Source of the DNA: a virus
Lineage: Duplodnaviria; Caudoviricetes
Direction: 5' to 3' (one strand)
DNA: 64,000 nucleotides
IMG/VR virus record: IMGVR_UViG_2930666980_000001
Span: 37,758 to 101,757 of that record
The notes beneath the pieces were generated by a model. That model ran no database searches. It was not told where the DNA came from and saw only the letters and a program-made list of their open reading frames with translations. The first letter of the stretch is position 1. The number at the start of each line of letters is the position of its first letter. Both the position numbers and the translations under genes were made by a program. Positions 1 through 8,745 of this stretch are shown here, piece after piece.

Positions 1-423
1 TCCACGCCGGCATCCCGGTACCGCATTGAGCACGACCGCCGCGTGATCGAGGGCGACCTGTACCGCATCCCTCCCTTCGCGACCGCCCGCCTCCGCGCCC
101 GCGGCCTCGTCGTCGAGGAGAAGGGCCGCGTGCGGCTGTCCCTCTCCGCGCAGCTCGGCCTGCTCGCCCACCGGCACCGCACGACGACCAGCCAGCCGTC
201 TGCCTGGTACCGCTCCGTCGAGCCTTACGGCAGCGCCGGTCTGAACCGTCCCGGCCGCCGTGCCGGCCTGCTGTACAGCCCCGCCAGCACCGCCCTGTGC
301 GCCTGCGGCGAGCTGTCCGCCTACGGGGGCGACCGGGGCGAGGCCCGGCGTCTGGCGACCGCCCACCGCCGCGCCGCTACTGCTGCCTTCGTGACCGCCG
401 AGCTCGGCGCGCGCACGCCCTGA
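1..423 (+). CDS. Hypothetical protein, 5' truncated
   Basis: Frame +1 is open from base 1 to TGA at 423; high GC3; CxCG motif near the C-terminus. Confidence 0.7.
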   Translation, partial: STPASRYRIEHDRRVIEGDLYRIPPFATARLRARGLVVEEKGRVRLSLSAQLGLLAHRHRTTTSQPSAWYRSVEPYGSAGLNRPGRRAGLLYSPASTALCACGELSAYGGDRGEARRLATAHRRAATAAFVTAELGARTP

Positions 424-446
424 CCTGCGAGGGTAGCGACACACCC

Positions 447-487
447 ACTTGGCCAAGTTGACTTGTCCAAGCATGGTTGGCTAGTGT
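447..487 (+). promoter_or_regulatory. HrdB-type promoter overlapped by repeated palindromic operators
   Basis: TTGACT (458-463), 18-nt spacer, TAGTGT (482-487); CTTGGCCAAG (448-457), CTTGTCCAAG (462-471) and degenerate TTGGCTAG (477-484) at 14-nt period. Confidence 0.7.
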
Positions 488-532
488 CTGTTGTGCAGGG
501 AGGGCGTAGGGCCCGACCGCAGAGAGGCAGCC

Positions 533-1069
533 ATGACCGCGACCATCCCCGCCACCGCCACCGCCGCCGCAGGCCGCGCCCGGGACCTCGCCGAGCTCAT
601 CACCGAGCGCGCCGCCCTCCACCCCGCCAGCGAGGCACTCCTCAAGATCGCGGACCTGCTGACCACCGCCGCCACGAGCCTCGAGACGACGGACGCCCCG
701 GTCATGGACGGCATCACCGTCACCAACACCACCCCGGCAGAAGCCGTCTTCGCCCTGATGGACGCGCAGGCAGTCGCCCTGGGCAACCCGAACTCCGGCA
801 TCTCCGACCACGTCATGTGGTACGTCACCGCGCCGATCACCCGCCGCGTCCCGGAGCTCGAGCAGCTCAACCCCGTCAGCACCCAGCTCGTCCGGCAGGA
901 GGCCAGCCTCCGCACCCGCATCGCCCTCGCCGCCGCCGAGCTCGAGACCACCGCCGACGCGGACACCCGCCGCGACGTGCTCGAGGCCCTCCTGAACCTG
1001 CACCGCATGTTCGACCGCCTCGCCGACTCCGTCGCCGTCGACAACAACCGGCCCTGCAACCGCCGCTGA
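533..1069 (+). CDS. Hypothetical alpha-helical protein
   Basis: GAGAGG SD before ATG 533; strong GC3 bias. Confidence 0.8.
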   Translation: MTATIPATATAAAGRARDLAELITERAALHPASEALLKIADLLTTAATSLETTDAPVMDGITVTNTTPAEAVFALMDAQAVALGNPNSGISDHVMWYVTAPITRRVPELEQLNPVSTQLVRQEASLRTRIALAAAELETTADADTRRDVLEALLNLHRMFDRLADSVAVDNNRPCNRR

Positions 1070-1080
1070 CGCCCCCCGGC

Positions 1081-1105
1081 GGGGCCGCCCACCCCGGGCG
1101 GCCCC
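1081..1105 (+). terminator. GC-rich stem-loop
   Basis: GGGGCCGCCC ... GGGCGGCCCC inverted repeat just after the stop codon. Confidence 0.5.
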
Positions 1106-1147
1106 GGCCCCTCCCAACATCCGCCACACGCGAACTGGAGCCCTGCC

Positions 1148-1897
1148 ATGCGCACCTACGCCACCGCCCAGCAGACCGGTACCGACCCCGTCCAGTGCGA
1201 CGCCACCGCCGTGCACACCGCGCCGTCCGGCGCCCGGGCGTACGTCCTGCTCGACGGCATCGGTCGCAGCCAGGGAATTCGCGAGTGGACCCGCACCGCT
1301 GCCCGCCAGGTCGCCCGGGCCGCCTCCCGTCGCGGCGACGCGGAGGCCGGTCTCCGCCACGTCTACAACCGCTACGCCGCCGAGCGCGCCGTACACGGCA
1401 GCGGCCCGAAGGCGGCGGCCGTCGTCGTCGTCACCGCCCCCGGCAAGCCCACGACGATCGCCTGGTGCGGCGACTCCCGCGCCTACTCGATCCGCCACGG
1501 AGTAGCCCACCAGCTCACCGCAGACCACAACCTGCGCCGCGTCTACCCGCCCTGCACCGTGTTCCCGGAGGGCGGCAACCGGAACCGGATCACCTCCTGC
1601 CTCGGCTCCACCGCCACCGACCAGGACGTCATGAACGTCTACGGACACCCGGCGATCGAGGCCACCACGTGCCACGCCGACACTCACCGCCTCGTCCTCG
1701 CCTCCGACGGCGCATACGAACCCCACGCCGATGCCGGCCGAGACCTCGCCAGCGAGCTCGTAGGCCTGCCCGGCGAGGCCGCCCGCGCCTTCACCGCCAG
1801 CGCCGTACACCGGGCCGCCGCCACGACGAGGGCCCTCGACCCGAACCGGGCTTACGCGGACAACGCCACCGTCCTGGTCGCCGACATCCGCCCCTGA
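1148..1897 (+). CDS. PP2C/PPM-family protein phosphatase-like protein
   Basis: Motifs LLDGIG, WCGDSRAY, QLTADH, LASDGA, DNATVLV; GGAG SD. Confidence 0.8.
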   Translation: MRTYATAQQTGTDPVQCDATAVHTAPSGARAYVLLDGIGRSQGIREWTRTAARQVARAASRRGDAEAGLRHVYNRYAAERAVHGSGPKAAAVVVVTAPGKPTTIAWCGDSRAYSIRHGVAHQLTADHNLRRVYPPCTVFPEGGNRNRITSCLGSTATDQDVMNVYGHPAIEATTCHADTHRLVLASDGAYEPHADAGRDLASELVGLPGEAARAFTASAVHRAAATTRALDPNRAYADNATVLVADIRP

Positions 1898-1911
1898 TCT
1901 TGACCGGCCGG

Positions 1912-1970
1912 GTGTCCGGGCGTGTCCGCCCCCTCTCCGCGGACACGTCCGGACACCCGGCCGACACCCG
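1912..1970. repeat. CGGACA/TGTCCG site cluster 1
   Basis: Intergenic TGTCCGGG, TGTCCGCC, CGGACACGTCCGGACAC. Confidence 0.75.
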
Positions 1971-1996
1971 ACCAGCACACGACGAAAGGCGCACCC

Positions 1997-2938
1997 ATGG
2001 CCACCATCGAAATCACGCACTCCGCCGCTGCCGGCACGCTCGTCGACGGCGACACCGAGAAGGGCGACGGCACCGGCGACATCCTCAAGCGCTACGGCTT
2101 CAAGTGGTTCCGCTCCCTCCAGCAGTACGGGCACCCCCACAGCCGAGACCGCGCCCCGCGCGTCGTCGCCATCGAGGCCGCCGCCGACGAGCTCCGCGAA
2201 GCCGGACACACCGTCACCACCCAGTACGACGACGAGGTCCGCGACAACACCACCGTGAAGGCGGCGGCCCACGAGCGGCTCGAGGACCGGCGCGACCGGC
2301 TCGAGGCGAAGGGCGAGAAGCTGACCCGCGACGCCGAGAGCCTCCGCAGGTCGTCCGACGCCATGGTCGAACACCTCCCGCTGGGACAGCCCGTCTTCCC
2401 CGGCGCCCGCGGTCGCGCGCACCGCAACCTGCTCGAGCGGTCCGTGACCACCTCGATCAAGTCCGCGCTGACCGCGCAGGAAGCCGAGCGCATGCCGGCA
2501 CGCGTCGCCGGGTCACGCCGCGCGGAGGCGTACAAGGAGCTCCCCGCCGTCGTCGCCCGCAGGGTGAAGCGGCTCGAGGCCGAGCTCCGCAGCCTCGACC
2601 GCCGCATGGCCGAGCTCGGCAAGTTCGAGAGCACGAAGTCCGGCCGTCTCCTGCGCCAGTACGAGGGAGAGCGCGCCGTCCTGGTCGAGCGCATCGAGGG
2701 CGACCGCAAGGTGCTCGAGCAGGCGAAGGCCGAAGGCCGCTTCGGCCGGTACTCGAAGGAGAACGTCCACAAGGGCGACCGGGTCCTGGTGCGCGGCCAG
2801 TGGCGGACCGTCGCCCGCGCCAACGCGAAGACCGTCAGCGTCACCACCGGCTACTCGTGGACCGACGGCTACGGCTGGGAGGAGGTCACCGACCTCCGCT
2901 GTGCCCACGTCGACGACGCAGCGGACGCCAAGGGCTGA
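1997..2938 (+). CDS. DUF3560-like protein
   Basis: GAAAGG SD; R.DRLEAK...PLGQP...R.HR motif; C-terminal SH3-like GDRVLVRGQWRTVARANAKTVSV. Confidence 0.75.
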   Translation: MATIEITHSAAAGTLVDGDTEKGDGTGDILKRYGFKWFRSLQQYGHPHSRDRAPRVVAIEAAADELREAGHTVTTQYDDEVRDNTTVKAAAHERLEDRRDRLEAKGEKLTRDAESLRRSSDAMVEHLPLGQPVFPGARGRAHRNLLERSVTTSIKSALTAQEAERMPARVAGSRRAEAYKELPAVVARRVKRLEAELRSLDRRMAELGKFESTKSGRLLRQYEGERAVLVERIEGDRKVLEQAKAEGRFGRYSKENVHKGDRVLVRGQWRTVARANAKTVSVTTGYSWTDGYGWEEVTDLRCAHVDDAADAKG

Positions 2939-2947
2939 CCCACCCTC

Positions 2948-3092
2948 GCGGACATGTCCGGGCCTCCTCGTCCGGACATGTCCGCACCGTGTCCCACCTG
3001 CATGGACACCACCCCGCCGGACACCGGCCCGGACGCCCCGGGCCGTGCACGGACACCCCTCCCCGGACACGTCCGGACACTCGAGAGGACAC
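2948..3092. repeat. CGGACA/TGTCCG site cluster 2
   Basis: Two CGGACATGTCCG palindromes, CGGACACGTCCGGACAC and several more GGACAC copies in the intergenic region. Confidence 0.8.
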
Positions 3093-3099
3093 CCCCCCC

Positions 3100-3663
3100 A
3101 TGCCCGACATCCTCACCCCCGTGCCGGCCGTCGACCGATGCCCGCAGAACGCCCCCGACGGCGGCCACATGATGAAGCCGACCGCCCTCTCCGCGGTACG
3201 GTCCTGCGCCTACTGCGGCACCCCGGAGCAGCCGACCGGCCTCCTCGTCGTCATCCCCTGCGCCGCCCGCAAGCTCGACCGCCCGGCCCCGGCCGGAGAG
3301 CTTTACCAGGGCAGCTATCACCGCGCCTGCCGGCAGACCGCCGACGCCCTGACCGCCGACGGCGGCACGACCGTCATCCTCTCCGGCCTCCACGGCATCC
3401 TGCCGCTGTACCGGACCGTCGAGCCGTACGAGATGCGCATGGGCGACCCCGGCAGCGTCACCGCCGACCAGCTCCGCGACCAGGCCCGCACGCTCGGCCT
3501 CGCCGACGCCCGCACGGTCGTCGTCCTCGCCGGAGCCCTCTACGTCGACGCCGCACGGCAGGTCTGGCCCCACGCCTTCGCCCCGCTCACCGGCCGCGGT
3601 ATCGGCCGTCAGCTCCGGCGCCTCGTCGAGCTCCGCGCCGAACCCCTCTTCCCCCTGGTCTGA
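3100..3663 (+). CDS. DUF6884-like protein with N-terminal Cys/His motif
   Basis: VIPCAARKL..PAPAGELYQG..ILSGLHG..EPYEMRM..GIGRQL; GAGAGGA SD. Confidence 0.75.
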   Translation: MPDILTPVPAVDRCPQNAPDGGHMMKPTALSAVRSCAYCGTPEQPTGLLVVIPCAARKLDRPAPAGELYQGSYHRACRQTADALTADGGTTVILSGLHGILPLYRTVEPYEMRMGDPGSVTADQLRDQARTLGLADARTVVVLAGALYVDAARQVWPHAFAPLTGRGIGRQLRRLVELRAEPLFPLV

Positions 3664-3711
3664 CCACCCCGGCCGGGCGACCGCCCGCCCCCGCACCCTC
3701 ATGGAGAACCC

Positions 3712-4398
3712 GTGTCCCTGTTACTCCTCCTCGCCCTCGTCGGCGCCGCCGCATACGCCTGGCGCCGCTACAACGACCGCCCCGGCCCCGGTGCCTCCGC
3801 CGCCGCCCGCGCCCGCCAGCTCCGCACCCCCCTGGTCCGCCTCGCCGACCTCCTCGGCATCGACACCCAGGCCGGGCGCCTCGCCCGCCGCTACGACGCA
3901 GGCGCGGAGGGAGAGCGGCGAGCAGCCGCCCGCCTCGAGGACCTGATCCGCGACGGCTGGACGATCCTCTACGACCGCGCCCTCCCGCGCGGCCGGGCGA
4001 ACGTCGACGCCCTCGCGATCAGCCCGACCGGCGCCGTGTTCCTCCTCGACCCCAAGAAGTGGACCGGCCGCTTCCCGCTCAGCGTCCGTGCCGGCCGACT
4101 CTGGCACGGCAAGGTCGACGTCACCGACCGGCTCGACGGCGTACTCCACGAACGCGACACCGTCGCCCGCCTCCTGGACGTCAAGGTCACCACGATCGTC
4201 TCCATGGAGGGTCCCCAGCTCGTCGGCCCTCACGGGCGCCCCGCCACACAGCTCGAGTTCCGGGGCGTCCGGATCGTCCCGGCCGAACGGCTGCCCCACG
4301 TCCTCCGCGCCTCCGGCCGGATCCCCGGACAGCGCCGCGCCGCCGCCCTGGTCGCGACGGCGGAGCGCGTCCTCCCGCACTACCCGCGACGACGGTGA
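3712..4398 (+). CDS. NERD (PD-(D/E)xK nuclease-related) protein with N-terminal membrane anchor
   Basis: GAEGER..GWTILYDR..ANVDALAISPTG.VFLLDPKKW; hydrophobic N-terminus; GGAG SD. Confidence 0.8.
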   Translation: MSLLLLLALVGAAAYAWRRYNDRPGPGASAAARARQLRTPLVRLADLLGIDTQAGRLARRYDAGAEGERRAAARLEDLIRDGWTILYDRALPRGRANVDALAISPTGAVFLLDPKKWTGRFPLSVRAGRLWHGKVDVTDRLDGVLHERDTVARLLDVKVTTIVSMEGPQLVGPHGRPATQLEFRGVRIVPAERLPHVLRASGRIPGQRRAAALVATAERVLPHYPRRR

Positions 4399-4465
4399 AA
4401 AGGGACCGAAGGGACTCGACTCGCCGATAGCCTGACCCGACCGCACCCCCACCGAGGAGCACACG

Positions 4466-4948
4466 ATGGGCGCCTGCCTCACCCCTACTACCGACATGCA
4501 GCCCTGGTACAACGTCGAGATCAGCACGAGCCACGCCGAGCTCACTGCGACGACCTACCTGCGCGGCTGGTACCGCATCCGTGAGGAAGGCGGCGCGAAG
4601 GACTGGCGCGAGATCGCCGACGGCGCCAGCTACACCGACGAGGAGCGCGCCGCCGCCTGGATCACGTACGGCCCTTCGACGTTCGCCACCCCGGCCGCCC
4701 CGGCCGCCGCTCTCCTGGCGACCCTCCAGCAGATCGCCGACCACCCGGCCTACGACCGATGGCGGAAGGAGGGCGGCGAGCCGACACCGACCGGCGTCCG
4801 CGCCCAGCTCGGCGACGACGGCCGACTCACACTCGTCGGCGCGTTCATCCGGCACCCGTCCGCCAAGGACGGTGACCACCTGCACAGCGTCGAGGTGTTG
4901 TTCAGCGACATCGCGCCTCTGCTCGAGGCCGTCGCACCTCTCGCCTGA
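4466..4948 (+). CDS. Hypothetical protein
   Basis: GAGGAG SD; GC3 bias; C-terminus similar to that of 5585-5950. Confidence 0.75.
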   Translation: MGACLTPTTDMQPWYNVEISTSHAELTATTYLRGWYRIREEGGAKDWREIADGASYTDEERAAAWITYGPSTFATPAAPAAALLATLQQIADHPAYDRWRKEGGEPTPTGVRAQLGDDGRLTLVGAFIRHPSAKDGDHLHSVEVLFSDIAPLLEAVAPLA

Positions 4949-5088
4949 CCGCACCCCTCCCCGAAGGGCCTGCCGGGGAGGGGAGTCAGTCGCCGAGCAG
5001 GGCACGGCGGACGAACAGTGTTCCGCCGTCGGTGTGCTGCCCGTCCTGTTACGGTGATCTAAATCGCCGGTTCGCTGGCGCACCTCCA

Positions 5089-5111
5089 CGCTGCTGGCTA
5101 TGGGCCGGGCG
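5089..5111 (+). promoter_or_regulatory. Conserved leader hairpin motif, copy 1
   Basis: CGCTGCTGGCTATGGGCCGGGCG in the 5' leader of the next gene. Confidence 0.7.
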
Positions 5112-5135
5112 AGAGGTGAACGCATAGGAGTCCCT

Positions 5136-5588
5136 ATGCCGCTCGACCTCCCCATGAACGACTCCCACCGCGCGTACGTCCACGCGGTCGCCGCAGCACT
5201 CAACGCGGCCGGAGTCCCCATCACTGATGTTGACTTCCTTGACGACGTGTTCGATGACGGCGACCCGCTCCGGGGTGCCCTCACCGTCATCGACGCCGCC
5301 AGGACGGCCGCCGCTTACCCCGACCGGATGGTCTGGGCGGAATGGGACGAGCGGGACGGCTGGGACCTCGCGGTCTACGACCCGAAAACGAAGCTGATCG
5401 TGTGCACGCACACCTTGTGCACCGAGGTCCTGCCGGCTCCCGCTGACGTGGCAGCGACCACCGTCGCCGTGCTCGCCGCGCACCCCTCCGCCTCGACCAA
5501 GTTGGAGCGCCCCATCCTCAGCACGTGGAACGAGGCCCTGGAAGAGGCCCTCGACTCCTACACCCGCACCTCGAAGGAGATGGGATGA
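5136..5588 (+). CDS. Hypothetical protein
   Basis: TAGGAG SD before ATG 5136; ATGA overlap with the next gene. Confidence 0.75.
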   Translation: MPLDLPMNDSHRAYVHAVAAALNAAGVPITDVDFLDDVFDDGDPLRGALTVIDAARTAAAYPDRMVWAEWDERDGWDLAVYDPKTKLIVCTHTLCTEVLPAPADVAATTVAVLAAHPSASTKLERPILSTWNEALEEALDSYTRTSKEMG

Positions 5589-5950
5589 GCCTGCCCGACT
5601 ACTTCAAGAATCAGCTGCCGGAGGGCATCCGGCAGATGGTTGACCACCCTGACTTCAACCCGTGGGGCGAGATGGTGGACGCCTACACGCACTGGGCGCA
5701 GTACACCTATCCGATGGACACAGGGGACGGCGATCCGTCGGACACGATGCTGGCCACTGTCATGGGAGTCGAGCCCATGTCGGTCGAGGTGGGCCAGTCG
5801 GTTTGCCTGTACGGAGTGTGGGTTCAGGTGGCGTCTGTGAAAACGGAGACAGAGAAGTCGGTCGACGACGGCCGTCTGATCACGTTCCACACGGTCGAGG
5901 TCCTGCTCAGCGACATCCCGCCCCTCGACGCCGTCGCACCCCCCGCCTGA
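5585..5950 (+). CDS. Hypothetical protein
   Basis: AAGGAG SD; ATGA coupling. Confidence 0.7.
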   Translation: MSLPDYFKNQLPEGIRQMVDHPDFNPWGEMVDAYTHWAQYTYPMDTGDGDPSDTMLATVMGVEPMSVEVGQSVCLYGVWVQVASVKTETEKSVDDGRLITFHTVEVLLSDIPPLDAVAPPA

Positions 5951-5962
5951 CCGCACCCCCTC

Positions 5963-6000
5963 CGAAGGGCCTGCCGGCATCTGCCCGGTGGGCCCTTTCG
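5963..6000 (+). terminator. Probable intrinsic terminator
   Basis: CGAAGGGCC..GGCCCTTTCG stem-loop after the stop codon. Confidence 0.6.
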
Positions 6001-6076
6001 CATGCCCCGGCCCGCCCGGCCGGCATGGGCTTATCCTTCTGCGCCGCAAACCGCCCGCAACCAGGGGATTTCGCTC

Positions 6077-6910
6077 ATGACCACAGCCACCTATGTCCGC
6101 ACGGAGCCGCTCCAGCTCGGCGACCTCTCCCCGTACCCGGGCAACGCGAAGAGGGGCGACGTCGGCGCGATCCTCGAATCCCTCTGCCGTAACGGCCAGT
6201 ACCGCAGCTTGATCGTCCGCGAGGCCCCGCCGGGGGAGTACACCGTCCTCGCGGGCAACCACACGCTCCAGGCCCTCGCCGCCCACGGCCCCGGCCCCTG
6301 CGGCCTCACCGTCAAGGTCGACGGCGAGGAACGCCCCTGCGCCGTCTGCCGCGGCGAGGAGTGGGAGCCGCAGGCCCGTTGCGAGATCGTCCACTGCGAC
6401 GTCGACACCGCCCGCCGCGTGAACCTCGTCGACAACCGCACCGCCGAGCTCGGCGACTGGGACGAGGAGGCACTCGCCGAGCTCCTCGGCCAGCTCGGCG
6501 ACGACATGGGCGGGACCGGCTACGACACCGGAGACCTCGAGGACCTGCTCACCGCCCTCGAGGACGCGACCGACGCCCCCGACGACGAGGACGAGGACCA
6601 GGAGCAGCCCGGCGGCCCCGGCGCCGGTGACGGCGACCGCCCCGCATCGCCCGGCCCGAACGCGGACGGCACTTCGACGCTCCCGCCCGGCCAAGTGCAG
6701 ATGGTGCTGACGTACACCGTCGCCGACCGCGACGAGGCCGCCCGGCTCATCTCCTCCGCCCGCGAGCAGGCATACGAGGCGGCCGGAGCACCGGAGGTCA
6801 TCCTCAACGCGCTCCGCGGCCTCGCCGCCATCCTCCGCCACCGCGAACACCCGGACCGCGCCGTCACCGTGGCGCAGCTCCTGCGCGCTGCCGGCATCAC
6901 CACCGAGTGA
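6077..6910 (+). CDS. ParB/Srx N-terminal domain protein (paralog 1)
   Basis: LSPYPGNAKRGDV..ESL..NGQYRSLIV..VLAGNHT.QA..DNRTAELGDWD. Confidence 0.85.
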   Translation: MTTATYVRTEPLQLGDLSPYPGNAKRGDVGAILESLCRNGQYRSLIVREAPPGEYTVLAGNHTLQALAAHGPGPCGLTVKVDGEERPCAVCRGEEWEPQARCEIVHCDVDTARRVNLVDNRTAELGDWDEEALAELLGQLGDDMGGTGYDTGDLEDLLTALEDATDAPDDEDEDQEQPGGPGAGDGDRPASPGPNADGTSTLPPGQVQMVLTYTVADRDEAARLISSAREQAYEAAGAPEVILNALRGLAAILRHREHPDRAVTVAQLLRAAGITTE

Positions 6911-6923
6911 AGGCGAGACGACC

Positions 6924-7700
6924 ATGACGACCGTCCTCCTGCCCCCGCCCACCACGACCCGCCCCGCCGTCCCACGGCCCCGTCGACCACGGCGGCCGAA
7001 CAGGCTCCTCGGCCAGAACAGCGAGATGCGCGCCGACGGCGTATGGAACTGGACGCTCCCGGCCCTCGCGACCCGCCTCCCAGACGGCCGGACCGTCAAC
7101 ACCTGCCCGGCCGCCGGAGTCTGCGCCCTCGCCTGTTACGCGAGGTCAGGGGCTTACCGCTTCCCCAACGTCGTCGCCCGCCACCAACAGAACCTGGAGT
7201 ACGTCCTCGACGACCTCCCCGGCTGGCAACGGCAGATGGCGGCCGAGCTCGCCCACCCCCGATACCGCGGCGGCTGGATCCGCGTACACGACTCAGGGGA
7301 CTTTTTCAGCGACCACTACCTCGCCGCCTGGCTCCGTCTGATGGCCTTCCGACCAGCCGTTTCCTACTACTGCTACACCAAGGAAGTCCGGCGGTTCCGC
7401 CGTCTCGTCGAGCCCGCTCCGCCCCGCAACTTCCGCTGGGTCTACAGCAAGGGCGGCAAGGAGGACCACCTCCTGCGGCCGGGCGACCGCGTCGCCGACG
7501 TCTTCACCGACGACGCCGCGATCAGGGCAGCGGGCTACCACTCCCAGGACGCCAGCGACCTCCTCGCCGTCCTCGGCCCCGCCCCCGTCGGCATCCCGGC
7601 GAACAACATCCCCCAGTACCGGAAGCGCATGGCCGGCAGGAGCTTCGGCGAATGGCAGGCAGAGCGCGACGCCAAGCGCGCCAGCAGGCACCCCGGCTGA
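6924..7700 (+). CDS. Gp88-family (radical-SAM-like Fe-S) protein
   Basis: WNWTLPA..TCPAAGVCALACYA..IRVHDSGDFFS..YCYTK. Confidence 0.8.
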   Translation: MTTVLLPPPTTTRPAVPRPRRPRRPNRLLGQNSEMRADGVWNWTLPALATRLPDGRTVNTCPAAGVCALACYARSGAYRFPNVVARHQQNLEYVLDDLPGWQRQMAAELAHPRYRGGWIRVHDSGDFFSDHYLAAWLRLMAFRPAVSYYCYTKEVRRFRRLVEPAPPRNFRWVYSKGGKEDHLLRPGDRVADVFTDDAAIRAAGYHSQDASDLLAVLGPAPVGIPANNIPQYRKRMAGRSFGEWQAERDAKRASRHPG

Positions 7701-7779
7701 CCCTCCGTCTGCTCGCCGGGAGGGCCCGACGGGCCATGCCCTTATCCTTCTGCGCCCCGCCCGCACCGAACCCGTGGAT

Positions 7780-8745
7780 ATGACCATGAGCCAGGCCACA
7801 TACGTACGAACCGCCGAAGTCCCCATCGACCGACTCCAGCTCTTCCCCGGCAACGCGAAGAAGGGCGACATCCCGGCCATCCTCGACAGCCTCCGCCGCA
7901 ACGCCCAGTACCGGTCGGTCGTCGCGCGGCAGCAGAAGAAGACCCTCACGATCCTCGCGGGCAACAACACGCTCCTTGCCCTCCGCGAGCACGGCCCCGG
8001 CGACTGCGGCGTCACCTTCACCAGCGGAGGCGAGACCCTCCCGTGCGGCCTCTGCCGCAACACCGCGGCGTACAAGCCGACCCTCCGCACGGAGGTCTAC
8101 GAGTGCGACGACGACACCGCCCGCCGCATCAACCTCGCCGACAACAAGACCAGCGACGCCGGCACGTATGACGATGCTGCGCTGGCCGAGCTGCTCTCTG
8201 GCCTCGACGGCCTCGAGGGCACGGCGTACGACACCGACGAGCTCGACGAGCTCCTGAAAGCGACCGGCGCCCTCGGCGACGCCAGCAGCGAGTTCCTCAA
8301 CTCCTTCATCGACCCGGACCCGCAGCCGACACCCACGCAGCCCGTGCCGGCAGGCGCCCCGGCCCTCAACCCGTTCTCAGCCGCTGACGTCCCGGCCGGG
8401 GCCCCGCAGACCGGCCCGGCCTCCTCGCTCCCGCAGACGGCCGCAGAAGGCGACCAGGAGCCCGCGACGGCGACCGCCCCGGCCCCGCACTCCCCGGGCG
8501 TCCACACCGGCCCGGAGGCCTACAGCGGCCCCGGCGCCCGCATGCACCCCGGTGACCCCATCGCCCTCCCCGAGACGCCGCAGATGGTCCCGCTGCAATG
8601 GGTGTTCACCCTCGATCAGCGCGACACCGTCCGCGCCGCGATCAAGGCCGAGCAGGCAGCCGGAGGCCACGACACCGCCGCCCTCGCCCTCACCGCCATC
8701 TGCCGCGCCTACGTCGACGCCGCGACCCCCAGCGAGGACCAGTGA
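7780..8745 (+). CDS. ParB/Srx N-terminal domain protein (paralog 2)
   Basis: LQLFPGNAKKGDI..NAQYRSVV..ILAGNNT..ADNKTSDAGTYD; Pro/Ala-rich linker; start could be 7786. Confidence 0.85.
   Translation: MTMSQATYVRTAEVPIDRLQLFPGNAKKGDIPAILDSLRRNAQYRSVVARQQKKTLTILAGNNTLLALREHGPGDCGVTFTSGGETLPCGLCRNTAAYKPTLRTEVYECDDDTARRINLADNKTSDAGTYDDAALAELLSGLDGLEGTAYDTDELDELLKATGALGDASSEFLNSFIDPDPQPTPTQPVPAGAPALNPFSAADVPAGAPQTGPASSLPQTAAEGDQEPATATAPAPHSPGVHTGPEAYSGPGARMHPGDPIALPETPQMVPLQWVFTLDQRDTVRAAIKAEQAAGGHDTAALALTAICRAYVDAATPSEDQ

Noticed and set aside
2948-3092. Possible CRISPR array in the CGGACA clusters or the hairpin repeats
   Set aside because: Repeats are too short and irregular, there are no constant-length spacers, and no cas genes are present
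463-3663. 1066-aa ORF and other long Arg/Pro-rich ORFs such as 377-2422, 21806-24925 and 32506-35766
   Set aside because: Shadow frames of high-GC genes; only 3100-3663 of the first ORF has an SD and protein-like composition
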